From assembly GCA_013265495.1 (NCBI GenBank), contig MU060486.1, forward strand, positions 930,001-994,000: DNA of 64,000 nt. The letters run 5' to 3'. Made by a program: the position numbers and the translations under genes. Below, piece after piece: positions 62,751-64,000 of this stretch (position 1 is the stretch's first letter; each line of letters starts with the position of its first letter). The DNA is from Vicugna vicugna (Eukaryota). Below the pieces are notes generated by a model. It saw nothing but the letters and a program-made list of their open reading frames with translations, had not been told where the DNA came from and did not search any database.

Positions 62751-63179
62751 TGTGAAGGAAAAGCCCAGCTGGCTAACAAGCTAACTCACAAATCCAAGTG
62801 TAACAAGTGTCGGATTACTGATCTGAGTTCTGCTGGGCTAACTTGTAAATCTGAGTTAACTATTGTTGGTTTGCTGATTCCCTGTTCATGTTTTTTGCTA
62901 GCCAGCTGGATTTTCAAAGAGCCATATCTGGCCTTGAAATGTTGGTTTGCTGCCTCCCTGCCTCTACTTTTGTGATGATGATGTTGCTAAAGCTGTTCCA
63001 TGCCTATTGGCCAAATACCCCGAGCTTGTAGTTAACCCTATAAAACCTCATGCACACGTCTTGGGGGTGCTCAGAGCTTCGGAGCAGAAGCCCCTCTGGG
63101 CCCGCCGGCGTAATAACTCTGAGTACTCCAACCCTCCGAGTGGAGCTTGTTTCTTGGCTGGCCTGTCATTTCCGTAACA
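62751..63179 (+). mobile_element. ERV1-type solo LTR
   Basis: TG...CA ends with 8/10 terminal inverted repeat (TGTGAAGGAA vs TTCCGTAACA), TSD gaac/gtac, ATTGG at 63006-63010, TATAAAA at 63039-63045, R-region gcagaagcccctctgggcccgccggcgtaataac. Confidence 0.88.
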
Positions 63180-64000
63180 GTACCACTTTACCGGACGGAA
63201 AGGAACTGGGAGGAGCCTGTTTTATGAGGGGTGGAGGGTGGGGGGGCAGAGGCCAGGAGCTCCGTCGTGGATGTGCTGAGTCTGTGCTGGGGTGGCCTTG
63301 GAAATGCAGGTGGAGACGTTCCGTGCCTCCACGGGCGGCTCTGGGCACAAGTCCCTTGTGAAGGCGGCTCTCCTAGGGTCCGAGGGCGGCGGCGGCAGCC
63401 CGGTGAGGAGCGAGGGACGGGAAGGCCGTGTGTTCGGGGTCGGCACAGTATGTCACAGCCTCACGAACGGGGACACATTAGGGACGGCCCCTCTGTCATC
63501 TGGGGGAAGACAAGTCCCTCCTGTCAGAAACAGGAAGTAAAAGAGAAGATTCTCATTACTTCCCAGTTACTAAATTTCCTTCCCAAACTCTGGGTGCACA
63601 ATATTCCTTATTTTAGAAAATGTTTTCTCATTATGAACCAATATTCTGTCCCCTGCACCTGTGATAATTTCCTTTTATCTTTCACATCAGACACATCGTA
63701 AATGATTTTTAATCCAATCTTCTATTTTCTATGGAAGAAGAAATAAGCATTTCCTCCCTTATTTTTCCCCCTTTTTGAGCGAAACTTGTGGCAGCAGGAA
63801 AGCCGTGGGCTTGAGAACAGCAGGGCGGGCATGAGGCCCTTTCCCACTGCTCCTCAGACTAAGTGATGGATTGTCTTATCCTGGCCGTTGACTTTCGAGA
63901 CCGCGTCAATGGTAAAGAGAGACTTGCCCAAAGACAGGGTCCTAACGTTTGCTCCCGGGGGTGGACGAGGCTCCCAGGAGCCCTGTGGTGCGTGAGGGCA

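Larger units (their letters stand above)
61945..63370 (-). mobile_element. L2, interrupted by an LTR at 62751-63179
   Basis: gtaatgagcacttactacatgctggcc...ccctgccctcgcgg...ggagtcaggatg; L2-like sequence resumes gtaccactttaccggacggaaaggaactgggagg after the LTR. Confidence 0.75.

Noticed and set aside
1-64000. CRISPR arrays, rRNA/tRNA genes, telomeric arrays, processed pseudogenes
   Set aside because: None seen; the DNA is mammalian and has no regular repeat-spacer structure, TTAGGG arrays or recognisable retrocopy.

Overview
This is 64 kb of GC-rich, CpG-rich eutherian genomic DNA; GC looks like roughly 55-60% by eye and was not computed. The host is most likely a camelid. That is an inference from the L1 3' ends of the type ...gcatgactg...tgctgtgcaccggaaac...ctgactgtac-polyA, recalled from memory, and from the absence of Alu, Bov-A/BovB, PRE1, SINEC, ERE and CHR-2. 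I could not recognise any protein-coding gene, tRNA, rRNA, snoRNA, miRNA or CRISPR array. The only ORFs with recognisable products are L1 ORF2 C-terminal remnants; the rest of the ORF track looks like what stop-poor GC-rich DNA gives by chance. The window reads as a gene desert or a very large intron. It holds many MIR, L2 and L1 fragments, two MaLR (MLT1) LTRs, two ERV1-type solo LTRs and two hAT MITEs (MER33, MER5A), plus simple repeats. AT-rich unique islands dense in homeodomain/TALE motifs are scattered through it and look like candidate conserved enhancers. I cannot support a new biological system here. The best leads are: (1) an age-graded AT-to-GC conversion of old repeats, consistent with GC-biased gene conversion; (2) a 91-bp, 93%-identical direct doublet 1621 bp apart; (3) an 80-nt hairpin apparently made of two tail-to-tail ancient L2-type tails; (4) an inverted MIR pair; (5) two identical 17-bp CTCF-like sites; (6) a solo LTR that keeps CCAAT/TATA but lacks AATAAA; and (7) several candidate exons and polyA sites of possible lncRNAs. 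Repeat family names come from remembered consensus sequences, not a database search. Repeat boundaries are approximate unless TSDs or termini are given.
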